From contig NC_068981.1 in NCBI RefSeq assembly GCF_001194135.2, positions 114,977,647 to 115,018,389 of the forward strand: a stretch of 40,743 nucleotides of DNA, in the 5' to 3' direction. Each line of letters opens with the position of its first letter. Position 1 is the first letter of the stretch. Position numbers and translations under genes: made by a program. Origin of the DNA: Octopus bimaculoides. Its lineage: Eukaryota. Below, piece after piece: positions 1-12,486 of this stretch. Under the pieces are notes generated by a model. It saw only the letters and a program-made list of their open reading frames with translations. It did no database searches and was not told the origin of the DNA.

Positions 1-198
1 GTATACTTAGTGTTTGAAATAATGAATTATGCCAAATTATTCTCAAGAAACTGGCTGCCATCTGCATTATTTCTTCCATAATACTAGGTTTTCTCCAAAC
101 CAGAAAACTGCACAAAGTAAAGCCAAAAAAAAAAAAAAAACTGTTTTCTTGTTTTCTTAGTTATTTGCTGTGATCAGTGAATAAAAAAATTCACAACA

Positions 199-1550
199 GA
201 ATGGAGCATGCAATGAAGATAGTGGAAAGGGTGTTGGGGAGGAGAATTTGGAAAGGGGGTGGATGTGGACGAGATGCAATTTAGTTTTATGCCAGGAAGT
301 GGGACAACAGATACAGTCTTCATTGCAAGGAGATTGCAAGAGAAATACTGAGATAAGGAGAAGAAGTTGATATGTACTTCGTTGATCTGGAAAGGGCATT
401 TGATAGGGCTTCAAGGAAGGTGATTGAGTGGGCATTGAGGAAGAAAGGTGTACTAGAGGTAATAGTGAGAGCAGTGATGGTGTAAAGACGAGTTAGAATT
501 GGATCAAAGATGTCAGAGGAGTTTGCGGTGAAAGTTGGCGTCCATCAGAGATTTGTGCTGTCACCATTGTTGTTTGCAATAGTGGTTGATGTGACAGAGT
601 GCAAGAGAAGGATTGATAATGGAAATACTGTATGCTGATGACCTTGTTCTGATGAGTGAGACAATGGAGGTATTGAAGAAGAAGTTTTGGAAATGGAAGG
701 AGGCATTTGAAAGCAAGGGTTTGATGGTAAACTTTGGGAAGATAAAGGTAATGGTGTGTGGGGTGGAAGGAGAAGTGTTAGTGAGTAAAATGGATTCATG
801 TGGTGTATGTGGGAGGAGGGTAATGGCAAATGCAGTGTTGTGTATGAGATGTGAGAAATGGATTCATGGTAGATGTACGGAAATGAAGGTGACCCCCAAG
901 ACAGGCAAGAGAGTTTATTTGGGGAAGATGTGAGAAAGGAGCTGAAGGGCTGGTGGACCCAGAGGAAACATATATGTGACAAGGTAGAAATAGTGAAAGG
1001 GTTTTGTTGTGTGGGAGACAGGGTGGATGTGAAGCAGCTTTGACAGCAAGAGTGAGACTTGGCTGAGTGAAGTTCAGGGAATGTGGAGCATTGTTTTATG
1101 GGAAAAGATTCTCATTGAAGATGAAAAGAAGTGTCTATAGGAGTTGTGTGAAAGCTGCAATGCTGTATGGGAGTGAGACATGGTGTCTGAGTGGGGAGAG
1201 ATGGCAGTTTTGAGAATGACCGAGAGAACAATGGTGAGAGAAATGTGGTGTGAAATTGTTTGATAAGAGGAGGACTGAGGACTTGATGGGGATACTGGGG
1301 CTGGAAGAATCTGTGGAATGGTTGACAGGAGTGAATGGAGTGCAGTGGTATGGGCATGTGTTGAGGAGGAATGAGGAGGGAGCTTGAGTTTGAGGTAAAT
1401 GTGGGTAAATTGGGAGGGCTGGCTTGAGAAGGGAGGATACCCAAAACCGGGCAAGATGGTGTGAGGGCAGTTGCTATGGCATTGAGGTAGATCTGGCTAC
1501 CCCCGTTAACAGGGACAAAACCCCGGATTTAAAACACTGGATGATGATGA
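199..1550 (+). mobile_element. RTE-clade LINE, 5'-truncated, decayed (RT, Cys-rich insert, 3' end)
   Basis: Frameshifted RT motifs: EHAMKIVERV, EMQF.FMPG.GTTD, EKAFDR, ILYADDLVL, CGVC..CMRCEKWIH, LYGSETW. Ends in a (GAT)n tail at about 1540-1550. Confidence 0.9.
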
Positions 1551-2277
1551 ATGGAAATTATCAAATTATCTTATGTAATTTTAACTGTTGGAACATACCA
1601 TGTTGTGTGATTTTTAAGCAGCTTGTCACTAAACAAATCCATGTATGCCACTGCTGCTGAGGAGAGTAGTATATACATTTCACAGAAATAAACTGGTTGT
1701 CATATTTGCTAGATTTATATGAGTTGTGAAGACAATGAGTGTTAATTTGTTGAGAAAGTTTTGAGATGGGTATTTTGTTTCTCCTTAAATCTCTCTTTTC
1801 TTTGAATAGATGATAACACCACTGGCAAGATACTATTATCTTGCTAGGGGAATTGGGGAGATATTTTTTCAACTCTATTGGTTGTATGTCATTTTATTTG
1901 GGTGGCTTCAAAAGGCTGATTTTGATAGAGCTTAATGAACACTTAGACTTTCTGGTAGTGAAACTAGTTGAAAGACATTTGTGATTACATTATAGCTTGA
2001 AACATCTTTCATGCTTACTGTCTTTTTAAGTTTTTATTCTATCATCACCAAAATAACCTTTCACAGTATGAAAGCTATTCTTTTGTCATGAACATTCATC
2101 AGTACATGATATTAGTAGTTGATCTGACATAAAGTTTTCATTTATGTGTATGTGTGTGAATATGTATGTCCATTCATTTATTCAATTAAATTTTATTATG
2201 TTATGCACTGTTTTATTTGACTTATATTCTATTTTGCATCTTGAATTAAGAATTCTGGAAAATTATTAAATAAATCA

Positions 2278-2579
2278 GCACCATCCGAGTGGGATCACTG
2301 CCAGAGCAACGGCCTCGCTCCCGTGCCGGTGGCATGTAAAAAGCACCATTTGAGCGTGGCCATTGCCAGTACCGCCAGACTGGCCTTCGTGCCAGTGGCA
2401 CGTAAAAAGCACCCTCTACACTCTTGGAGTGGTTGGCGTTAGGAAGGGCATCCAGCAATAGAAACTCTGCCAGATCAGATTGGAGTCTGGTATTGCCATC
2501 TGGTTCGCCAGTCCCCAGTCAAATCGTCCAACCCATACTAGTATGGAAAGCAGACGTTAAATGATGATGATGATGATGA
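2278..2579 (+). mobile_element. RTE LINE 3' end (3'UTR plus (GAT)n tail)
   Basis: Same sequence as the 3'UTR joined to the RT remnant at 27131-27690; ends ...agacgttaaatgatgatgatgatga. Confidence 0.8.
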
Positions 2580-2681
2580 AACCATTTCTGTTGGTGTTTG
2601 TGGAAAGGGATTTTATTGATGTAGTATGTGCATTTTCAAACATGATTTTATATTATTGTTTGTTGGTTTTTTTTTTTTCAG

Positions 2682-2774
2682 CCATCTCTTGATGAACCCA
2701 TGCAAGTAGATGCTTCTCCTGAAGAAAATGAGAATATAAAAAATGACCATGCTATTGTAGAAAGTACAACTTTG
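2682..2774 (+). CDS. GPS1: CSN1 exon ([31 protein letters not shown]), phase 0/0
   Basis: Long T tract plus CAG acceptor (AG 2680-2681) and GTAATA donor at 2775. Matches the N-terminal EPMQ(I/V)D motif of animal CSN1. The in-frame ATG at 2700 could be an alternative start. Confidence 0.85.
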
Positions 2775-5700
2775 GTAATATGACATAGTTTTTAAACATT
2801 CTTCTTGAACTTTATGAATGGGTATCTAAATGATTAAAAAGAAATAAATTTTGTTGTGAAAGATTTGGGTAGTGCATTTCTTTAGTAAATATAATATTCT
2901 ATTATTGGTTTCAAATTTTGGCACAATGCCAGCAATTTCAAGGGTGGGAGTAAGTCGATTACTTTGATCTCAGTGCTCAAATGGTACTTATTTTATCAAT
3001 CTTGAAAGGATGAGAGGCAAAGTCAACTTAAGCAGAATTTGAACTCAGAACAAAAAGACAGATGAAATGCCTCTAAGCATTTTACCTGGCATGTTAATGG
3101 TTCTGCCAGCTCACCACCTTCATAATGTATTGAACTCAAATTTGTTCTGATCATTACAATATTGGTTAAATGTATAAAGGTGTGTCTTAGATTCTAAAAT
3201 TGAGTCTTCATTACCTTTTTATCCCCTTTTTGCTTTGTTGGTATTGGCAGGGTTTCTGCAGCACACTTTCTCATCACATGCTGCAGTCACTTGTCTCCTT
3301 CATGAATTTAGCATCCTGAGATTATCCTCCACTGCTTAGGCTCTTTACATTGGTTCTTTTCACTTTGATTGCTTGGTGCTTCTACCAACTTTTATCCTAC
3401 ATTCACATATTTGTTCATGTGCTGATGCCCATTTTTCCTCCCTCCTTATCGTTGTTTCGCTATTCATATTTGCTAAAATTACATGCCTAGCAGAACATGT
3501 TCACATTATTCTTTCTAGTCTTTGCACATCCTTTATATTCCTCAAGTTTCATTTGTTTCTGTTTCTTTGTAGTATCATATTTTGTGTATAACCATCATAC
3601 AATCTGCCCATCACTTGGAAAGAAAACCATTTTGTTTCTAGTAGTGGTAATAGTTCCTTGAACTTTTTCGATCTCTTTCTTCTTTGTACTTTTACCTTCC
3701 AGCAGCTGAAAGAATTCATTTCATGAGGGTTCTAGCTGTTACCTGCTCTTGTGTATCTGCTACATATGTGTTCCTTCTCTTCTGTCAGCCTATTTGTGAT
3801 CCCCTGTATCTTTCGCTTGCCTATTGTATACATTAGGCATACCCTGTAGAATTTCTACCTACTCTCAAGCTGAACCACTTCCCAGATGGCAGTATTTTTT
3901 ACTTGCTAACTAAAATAATTTACTTTCGTATGTTTACATTTTGGCTTCTATTCTCTGAGACTTGTAATTCTTCAATATATACTACTGCTGTAAGAACGAG
4001 GCATTAGCATACAGAAGTTCCTATGCTGAACAAGTTTTGAACTACTCTCTTGTGATCTGGAGAACTGCATGCCAAATTCTTCATTGTACTTGTTGCTAGC
4101 TCTCAGCTGACAGCACCCTTATACATAGTTCATATAACTCTAGCAAGCAAGTCACTAGTAGCCAGTTTTCTTAAACTGGCTTCCTGTAGAGTCTGATACT
4201 CTGTCAAAAGCTTTCTCTAATTGTGAGGTCTAATATCACTAGTCTATGTTAAGCTGTCCATTGGGCATCAAAAAAGAACAGCTGTTTATACTGTTTCCTT
4301 GTATTGTGGTACAAGCTCAGATTTGCTTCATAGCAGTACTGATCTTTGTATCATGGTCAAACCTATATGAACACTTCTGTAACCAACCATCTTGATGTTG
4401 TCAGTTATGTCCATTGAAGCCACTCTCTATGATAAAGAAGTTGCTGTCTTCCATTTGCTCACCTGTCAATCTTGACTGTTGGTGTATGTTAGGCTAATCA
4501 TGTTGCCTAAGACTCACCTAACCTTAAATGTTCTGTTACATTCTCTGATTACCTCTGATTACCTTGATCCATTTTCTGCCAACATCATACATATTCCATT
4601 CATTCTAGCATTTTACCTACTTAAAAGAATTTGTATTGGTGTTACTTGTCTGTGAGCAGTCTATTTCATGTCTTGCTTTCATTCTAGTACATCCAGACCT
4701 ACTCTTCATTGTGCTGATGTTGATGTATTTAACCCTTAAGTTTTGCACCTTAAAGTAAAAGAGAAGTTTCTGCTGATTTGGATGATAGTGGATGGGTTGC
4801 ATAATGTTCACTTATTAGGAAGAGAGATGGTAGGGGCCACTTGATGGTGGATGAGGAGTGCTCACACCTAGCTACCTCACTGTTTTCTGCAATAGCTAAC
4901 TTGATGTTAGTATCTGTTGATACAGTTGGTGGATTTTCTAATTGTGAAGATCATTTTTGATAGTTTTTACAGTCAAAAGCCTTCCTATCACCAACAATTT
5001 TATAGAATGAACTAGATGCATTTTATCATGCCACTAACACTTGAAAGGTTATCTAAGATTAGTCTCTCCTCAGCATTGTATCAATTTCTATTCAGAGTTA
5101 CTGCTCTTAGACTGCTTGCCTTGTTTACTGCAGTTTGCTGAGTCCATGTCTTCTCTGTGATTAAGGCAGAATCTTTTGCATATAGTGTTGGGTTTGTTCA
5201 AAGCCCCCATTTTCAAAAATGGGTCACCTTCTGTACAACTTCAAAACCATGTGTCTCCATGATGTAAGGAGGTGTTACATCTATTAAAATGACTCATTAT
5301 GCCAATCATTGGTAGGCTCTTTAATTATCAGGGGAAACCTTGCTAGAGTTCTTATGGTAAATGGGCTTGTGTTTGCTCCATTATGAGACAGTTTTACAAT
5401 GGTAGTTTGAAATAACTGGCAAAAAATTTGGCTGTTAGTATGGCTAGTTAGAAATTGAAGCTGTCTTAAGAGGAAGGGTCATTTTGCTTGCAGCAAACTT
5501 TGCTTTGCAGAGGACGTATCATCATCATCATCATCATCATCGTTTAACGTCCGCTTTCCATGCTAGCATGGGTTGGACGATTTGACTGAGGACTGGTGAA
5601 ACCGGATGGCAACACCAGGCTCCAGTCTGATTTGGCAGAGTTTCTACAGCTGGATGCCCTTCCTAACGCCAACCACTCAGAGAGTGTAGTGGGTGCTTTT

Positions 5701-7690
5701 ACGTGTCACCNNNNNNNNNNGTGGACAGATGTTACAGTCACTCTCTCTACGACAACATCGCGTCCGTTTGTCTGAATATACGTCAAATAAACAAGGCAAT
5801 GAATACTCTTTTTCCCTATCAAAAAACACAAAAAAAAAAAATTACCTTCACTTCAAAGCTCATTTCATCAATGATAGAGATAAAGTGTTCTTGAGTGTCT
5901 TATGAAGAAATTGATATTTTCATTGTACATTAATGAAACCTATTTATCTCATAACTAGCCTTGTCCCTATTGCTGTATTAAAAGTAAAACTGAAATGTAA
6001 ATTGCATTAAAATTAATTATTTATCTTGCTATACTTATAGGGAATGCATCTTACTCAAACGGCATATGTCCAGTAACTTGTAACTCAGATGTGTATGATT
6101 ATCACGTGACCGACCAGGCTATCAGATGTTACACATTGCTGGTCACAATGTGTTTTGCATTGTTTTAGCCTTCAAATAAAGCCACTCCGCAGGCTAGGCA
6201 AGCAGGCCAACATTCCACACTGATCAAAAGGGGGACTAGAGCAATGTGAAGTGAAATGTTTTGCTCAAGAACACAATGTACCCCCCAATCAGGGAATTGA
6301 ACCCACGATCTAGTGATCATGAGTGCAACAGCCTAACCACTAATACTTGTGCATGATTATGAAAGGGTATTTTCCACATATTTTCTCCAATGACTATGCT
6401 GGATATCATTTAATGAGGTTAAGAGATACAGGAAATATTTTCACTCAGATGTTTATCTTATCAATGATACTGAGTAAGATCAAAAACGTGTGCATCAACA
6501 ACACAGTAAGCTCAAAAATCTTCCAAATCATTATGAAAGTGTTTAGTGAAGGAAACTTCTTATGTTATGAACCATTTTGATACCAATCCATCAGAGACCA
6601 CCCCTGGTTCTATGATACAAACTTTCTGTTTTAAAGTCATCTAAATTAAATTTAGCCTACCATCAATATTTCATGTTAAGTTCCAAACACCAGCTAAGTA
6701 ATAATGACAAAATTATTATTCTAAATTTTTCATTATTTTCAACATTAATTAAAACAAATGCTGTGTATATAACAGAAATTTTGGCAACAAAAGAGTTAAA
6801 TGAAAGCTTTCATTAAGCTGTGTTAACTTTTACGAACTGAAATAATTTAAAGGAATATTTCAAAAAATCTTATCTTCTTACATTTACTTGTAGGCATTTT
6901 ATCAATTATCAATGAACACATATTTTGTAGATTATAACAGCTTCCAGTGTATTACATATATATTGAGAAATACATTTGTTAACTGTTTTCAGGATCTCGA
7001 TTCTTATGCTAAGCAATATGAAGGAATTGCTCGCCTCAACAGACTTATTTTCATTGCTGATTATTGTCCATCACTAAAAATGGAAGCCCTTCGCATGGCT
7101 TTATCTTACGTCCAAATAACACATGATACTAGTCTTTATCAACAGATACATCGACGTCTCCAAGACATGTGAGTATATTAAAGTTTACCAAACATCATTT
7201 GTAGTTTTATATTTACTGAATTGTGAAGTCTAAAAGTAGAATTTATTGCTGGCAGAATTGAAATGTTTCTGTATTTGTAAGTTGAATGTAAGCTTGATGT
7301 TATCTCAAAAGAGATGTACCAATTCTGCATTCATTTCAGGTATATAAAATGAATGCATTCACGGAATAGCATGTATTTGTTTACAGAATTATTTAATATA
7401 ATTTTTTGTTAAAAACGTGTCTAATAAATTCTATTTTATATCTTTTACTTGTATCAATTATTAAATTGTGGCCATGCTGGGGCACTGCCTTGAAGCTTTT
7501 GTAGTCAAATGATTTGACTGCAGTATTTATTTTTTATTTTTTCAAACCTGTTACTTATTCTGTTGGTCTCTTTCATTGAACCACTAAGTTACAGGGCTGT
7601 AAACATCCTGACACCAGTTGTCAGGCAGTGTTGGGGGACAAAGACAGACAGACACACACACAAATATCCATCTATCCATCCATCCATCCA

Positions 7691-7728
<38 letters not shown>

Positions 7729-10700
7729 CAAAATAGAGTGAAAAAACTACAGAAGACTTGTGTTATATGGTTAAAGAATATATTTAAATCGTTAGGTTAG
7801 AAAAATGTTACAAAATTTTGTGTATACTAACTTTNNNNNNNNNNNNNNNNNNNNNNNNNNNNNNNNNNNNNNNNNNNNNNNNNNNNNNNNNNNNNNNNNN
7901 NNNNNNNNNNNNNNNNNNNNNNNNNNNNNNNNNNNNNNNNNNNNNNNNNNNNNNNNNNNNNNNNNNNNNNNNNNNNNNNNNNNNNNNNNNNNNNNNNNNN
8001 NNNNNNNNNNNNNNNNNNNNNNNNNNNNNNNNNNNNNNNNNNNNNNNNNNNGGATTTTTTCAGTATAAAAGAGATAATAAAAAATGTTGGGAATGACTAG
8101 GTTTTATTAATTTACATGATTATTTGGTTTAGAAAGAATAGAATGTTAGAAGTGGTTAAGTTTTGTTTTATATCATCATCATCATCATTGTTTAACGTCT
8201 GTTTTCCATGCTGGCATGGGTTGGACGGTTTGACTAGGGACTAGTGAGCTAGATGGCTGCACCAGGCTCCAATCTGATCTGGCAGAGTTTCTACAGCTGA
8301 ATGCCCTTCCTAATGCCAACCACTCCGAGAGTGTAGTGGCTGCTTTTACGTGTTCCAGTGGTCTGGAGCAATGTGAAATAAAGTGTTTTACTCAAGGACA
8401 CAATGTGCTGCCAAGTTTCAGACTCATGAACTTATGATCGTGAGCTAAATGCCCTAACCACAGAACCACGTGCCTTCTTACCTGTAAGGAATACAAAAGC
8501 TTCTACTGTGGCTTCTCACACCTGGCTATATTTCTCCTTTCTGCCTATTTGTCATCATCCATTTTCCATCGCTTGCTATATAAGTGCTGTTTACATCTGT
8601 TATCAATAAGTATTCCTAATTACAGTTGCTTGAAAAGCATCCTTTGATTTTATTACTCCTATTAGGTGGATCAGCTGTAGGATCCTGTTATGAGTGACTG
8701 TATCAGATACATGATGTGTAAGTACTATGGGAAGAGGTAGGTTGTTAAAGCTGCTCTCTATCAGTAGAATTCTGGTATTGGGAATTTTGGGTATCGTGGT
8801 TGGCTTTGTGTGTGTGTATGTATCATCATCGTTTAACGTCCGTGTTCCATGCTAGCACAGGTAAGGTGTAGTGCTTTTTAGGTGGCACAAGTACATGCAA
8901 GGTCAGTTTTGGCAAGTTTTTTTAGAGCTGGATGCCCTTCTGAACACCAACTACTTCACAGTATGGATTGGGTGCTTTTAAGTGGCACCTGCACTGACGG
9001 GGTCACCAAGTACTTGCAAGACAAAAACTTTTAAGAGAGGAGGAGGTGATGATGAAAAGGTTATAGTGAGACAGATATAGGTGTATTGCTGAAAAGGAAG
9101 AACAAGGTTACCTAGCTGGAGAGAGAAAGTTCAGGGATGAAGACAGAAACAGGTGTGCTACCGCAAAGAAAATACATGGTTGCCTGGCTTGAGGGAAGTG
9201 CAGCAGAGGGAAAGAGAGAGGGAGACCGCAGGATGGAGATGGTGGCAAAATACCAGGCATACTCACAAGGAACGGGGATCAGAGTATAAATGAGATGGTT
9301 GAGTAAAGGATGAGAGAGATACAGATAGTGACAAGTGCCAGGGCATAACCTTGAGGTTCAAATGCCATAATATAAGTAACCTGATATTGCGAAGGGAGTG
9401 CGATTAAAGAGTGCGAGTAAGCGGCGAAAGACCTGGGTATAAATAGAGTTGGAGGGGCTACTGGATTGCAGTGAAAAAGAGGAGCAGGGGTGTTAGGACA
9501 GGATTGGGGAGTGAGAGCTAGGCATAGTGAATGAAGGAGGAAATGCGAGAAAGAGAAGATATGTAAATTAATTTGTTGGGGTAGGGTGAGGGAAAAGTTT
9601 TCTTGTTATGTATGGGTGGAACACCCAGGTTGGGGGTTAGTGGATGGTAATAATAGAGTGAGACAAGGCATGTTGTTAGAACACATAGGTTGGGGTAAGC
9701 ATAGAGCAATGATATAGTGGCACTGGGCCAAGAGGACAAGATTGGGGAGTGGGAGGTAACCATAGTACATGAAGCGAGAATGTGAGGAAGAGAAGGGATG
9801 TAGAGAGTGTGTGAGAAGTTTTCTACACAGCGCTTCTAGAATTCAGTTTTGCTGATGTGGGCAGGTCTTCTCAAGAATTTCGTATCGCCAGACATTTTGG
9901 GCCATAGTTATTTCCTCTATGAGGTCCAGCTTCCTGAGATCAATCCTTGCCACTTCATCTCATATCTTCCTGGGTCTCCCTCTTCCACAAGTACCATCCA
10001 CTTTCAGTGATTGACACTTCTTTATGCAGCTGTCCTCATTCATACGCATCACATGTCCAAACCAATGTAGTCTTCTCCCTTGCATGCTACCTTTGATTCC
10101 TCTTTTGCCCAACCTTTCTCTCAATACATTTGCACTTTGTTGTATATGTGCACTGATGTTGCACATCCAACGGAGCATACTACCTTCGTTTCTCTCCAGT
10201 CTATGCATGTCTTCAGCATTCAGAGCCCATGTCTCACTACCATGGAGTATAGCCATTTGTACACAGGCATCATATGTGGAAATGTGCATAACAATGCATT
10301 AAAATATTAAAATATTTATAAATTCCATCCTAGGATTATTATTATTATTACTGTATGTGTACATGTGTGTATGAGAGAGAGTATATATGTATGTATTTCA
10401 TCATCATTATATGTTTATGTTCTATGCTGATATAAGTCAGACCATTTAACAGCATCCAACAGGTGCAAAGACTACATCAAACTCCATTGATTGCTTTGAT
10501 TTTTACAGCTGGATGCCTTTTTGTGGCACCAGCATAAATGAGGTCACTATGTACTCTGTATGACTGAGTGAGATTGCAGTTGTGAGGGAGGCAACCTTTT
10601 GTTTGGGGATGATGGGTTAGTGTAAGAGAAGGGGACCAAAACAACAAGTTTCTTGCTTTAGAGGAGTTACATGGCTATTCACATTGTAGAAGAGAGGATA

Positions 10701-12420
10701 AGAGTGACCTCTGGAAAGTGTTGAGGGATGGTAGGTAGAGAATATAAGGGAGAGGAAAGAGTAGGTGACTGACAACTGTGGAAATTGGGTAGAGTTGAGG
10801 TGTCACCAATGATACATCTGAGTCGGGGCAGGTAGGGGGAATCTATATTGGGATTAAAAAAGAAATTCCAAACATGGCAGCAAAACTTGGAATCAAAAGG
10901 TTTCAAAGTTAACTTAGTAAAGACTAAAGTATTAGTTTGTAAAAAGACAGTCAGGTCTCTACTGGGAAAATGAATTTACTTGATATGTTGAAAAGAGTTA
11001 GGTAGGAACCCCATATGATGTATCCAGATACAATGGCATCATTGGCAGATTGATAGAAAACAGTCTTGGTATATGGCATATGCACAGGAGCAATAAGGTC
11101 TAAAGGGCACATGGGAAATAGGATCTCAGGTTACCTAGGTAACTTAATTACCAGTGGAAGTGGTTGTTCTGAAAATATAGAATTACAGTAAGAATAGGCT
11201 GGAGAAATCTCAGGGAGCTATTACTTCTGTTGCTAAGAAGATTTCTCTTTCAGAGTGAAAGGCAGATTCATGTTTGTATACAAACTGCAATGTTACGTAA
11301 TAGTGAGATGTAGGCCCTGAATGCATAGGTCCTTCAGAGGTTAGAAAGAAATAAAGCAGGCATGCTCAGCTGTATGTGCAATACCAGTGTGCTTGAAAGA
11401 TGGAGTACAAACCTGTTGAGAGAAAAACTGCATAAGAGGAATCAGATGTACGTTGGTCTAGTTATGTGATACATATGGATAAGGACAGTTGTATCAAGAA
11501 ATGTTCATTACATAGTGATGGAACTTGTGGAAGAATGAGACAGGATGACATGGAATGAAGACTAATCTAAGGATGAAGAAGATGGCAAAGAATCAAGATG
11601 ACATGCAGTGTTACAGTGGTGGTAATGATGGAAGCTAGAAACATAATGTGTATGCACACGTTTCAGAACCACACTCAGTATGACTCTGTCATGTTTATAC
11701 CTGCTACTCTTCCTCTCTTTGTCTTTCACATCACTCTTCTCTCCATCATTTCTCTACCAACTGTTGCTGTAATTAATGAAAGCAGAACTTGTTACTACAT
11801 CACCCTTTCTTTGCTACCTGTCATTGCTCCTTCTCCCCTGAACCACTTCCTACTGACATCTATCCCTCATTCATGCAGTCCAAAGACATACCAGTAAATG
11901 AATAAAATACCATGAAGTTAGTAAAATGTTTTTCAAAATAGACAGGTTAGTGCAATAATGTACGGAAGTGTGTTCAATTTATTGCACAGAATGTCTTCAA
12001 GATTCTACCTAAGATTTGCTAATCTTATCGTTTCAGACCATCTACATTACCAGATGCTGTATCAAGTGTACCACCTTTAGATAATATGTGGATAGAATTG
12101 ACTATAAAGAAAGCACAGCTCAAGCTAGAAAAATTAGATACCGATCTGAAAAATTATAAAAGTAATTCAATTAAAGAAAGCATAAGGTAAGACATAACAT
12201 TTTATACATTGAATTTTTATCATCAATGTTCACTTTTCCATGCTTGCTTGGGTTGGATGGAGTTTAGTGGGGCAGATTTTCTTTGGTCAGATGCTCTACT
12301 TGTCGTCTTCTCAATTGTTTCCAAGCAAAGTAATTTTATCCTCGTAGCCAAACATGTTTTGCAGAATATTGAAAATGAAAATACTTTGATTTGCAGCAAA
12401 CACAGAATTTCAAGGCTAGT

Positions 12421-12486
<66 letters not shown>

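Noticed and set aside
157-1454. Ser/Pro/His-rich minus-strand ORFs (also 9518-9763, 40227-40454 and similar)
   Set aside because: They are antisense shadows of purine-rich RTE sequence, not genes.
2040-2110. Minus-strand CTGATGA...GAAA
   Set aside because: No consistent stem II and no UH plus stem I complement.
5586-5630. CTGAGGActggtGAAA in an RTE 3'UTR
   Set aside because: No stem II is possible, and the motif is not conserved in sister copies at 8230 and 27190.
7805-8096. ORFs spanning N-runs (also 5693-5905, 30231-30449, 32205-32633)
   Set aside because: Artefacts of translating assembly gaps.
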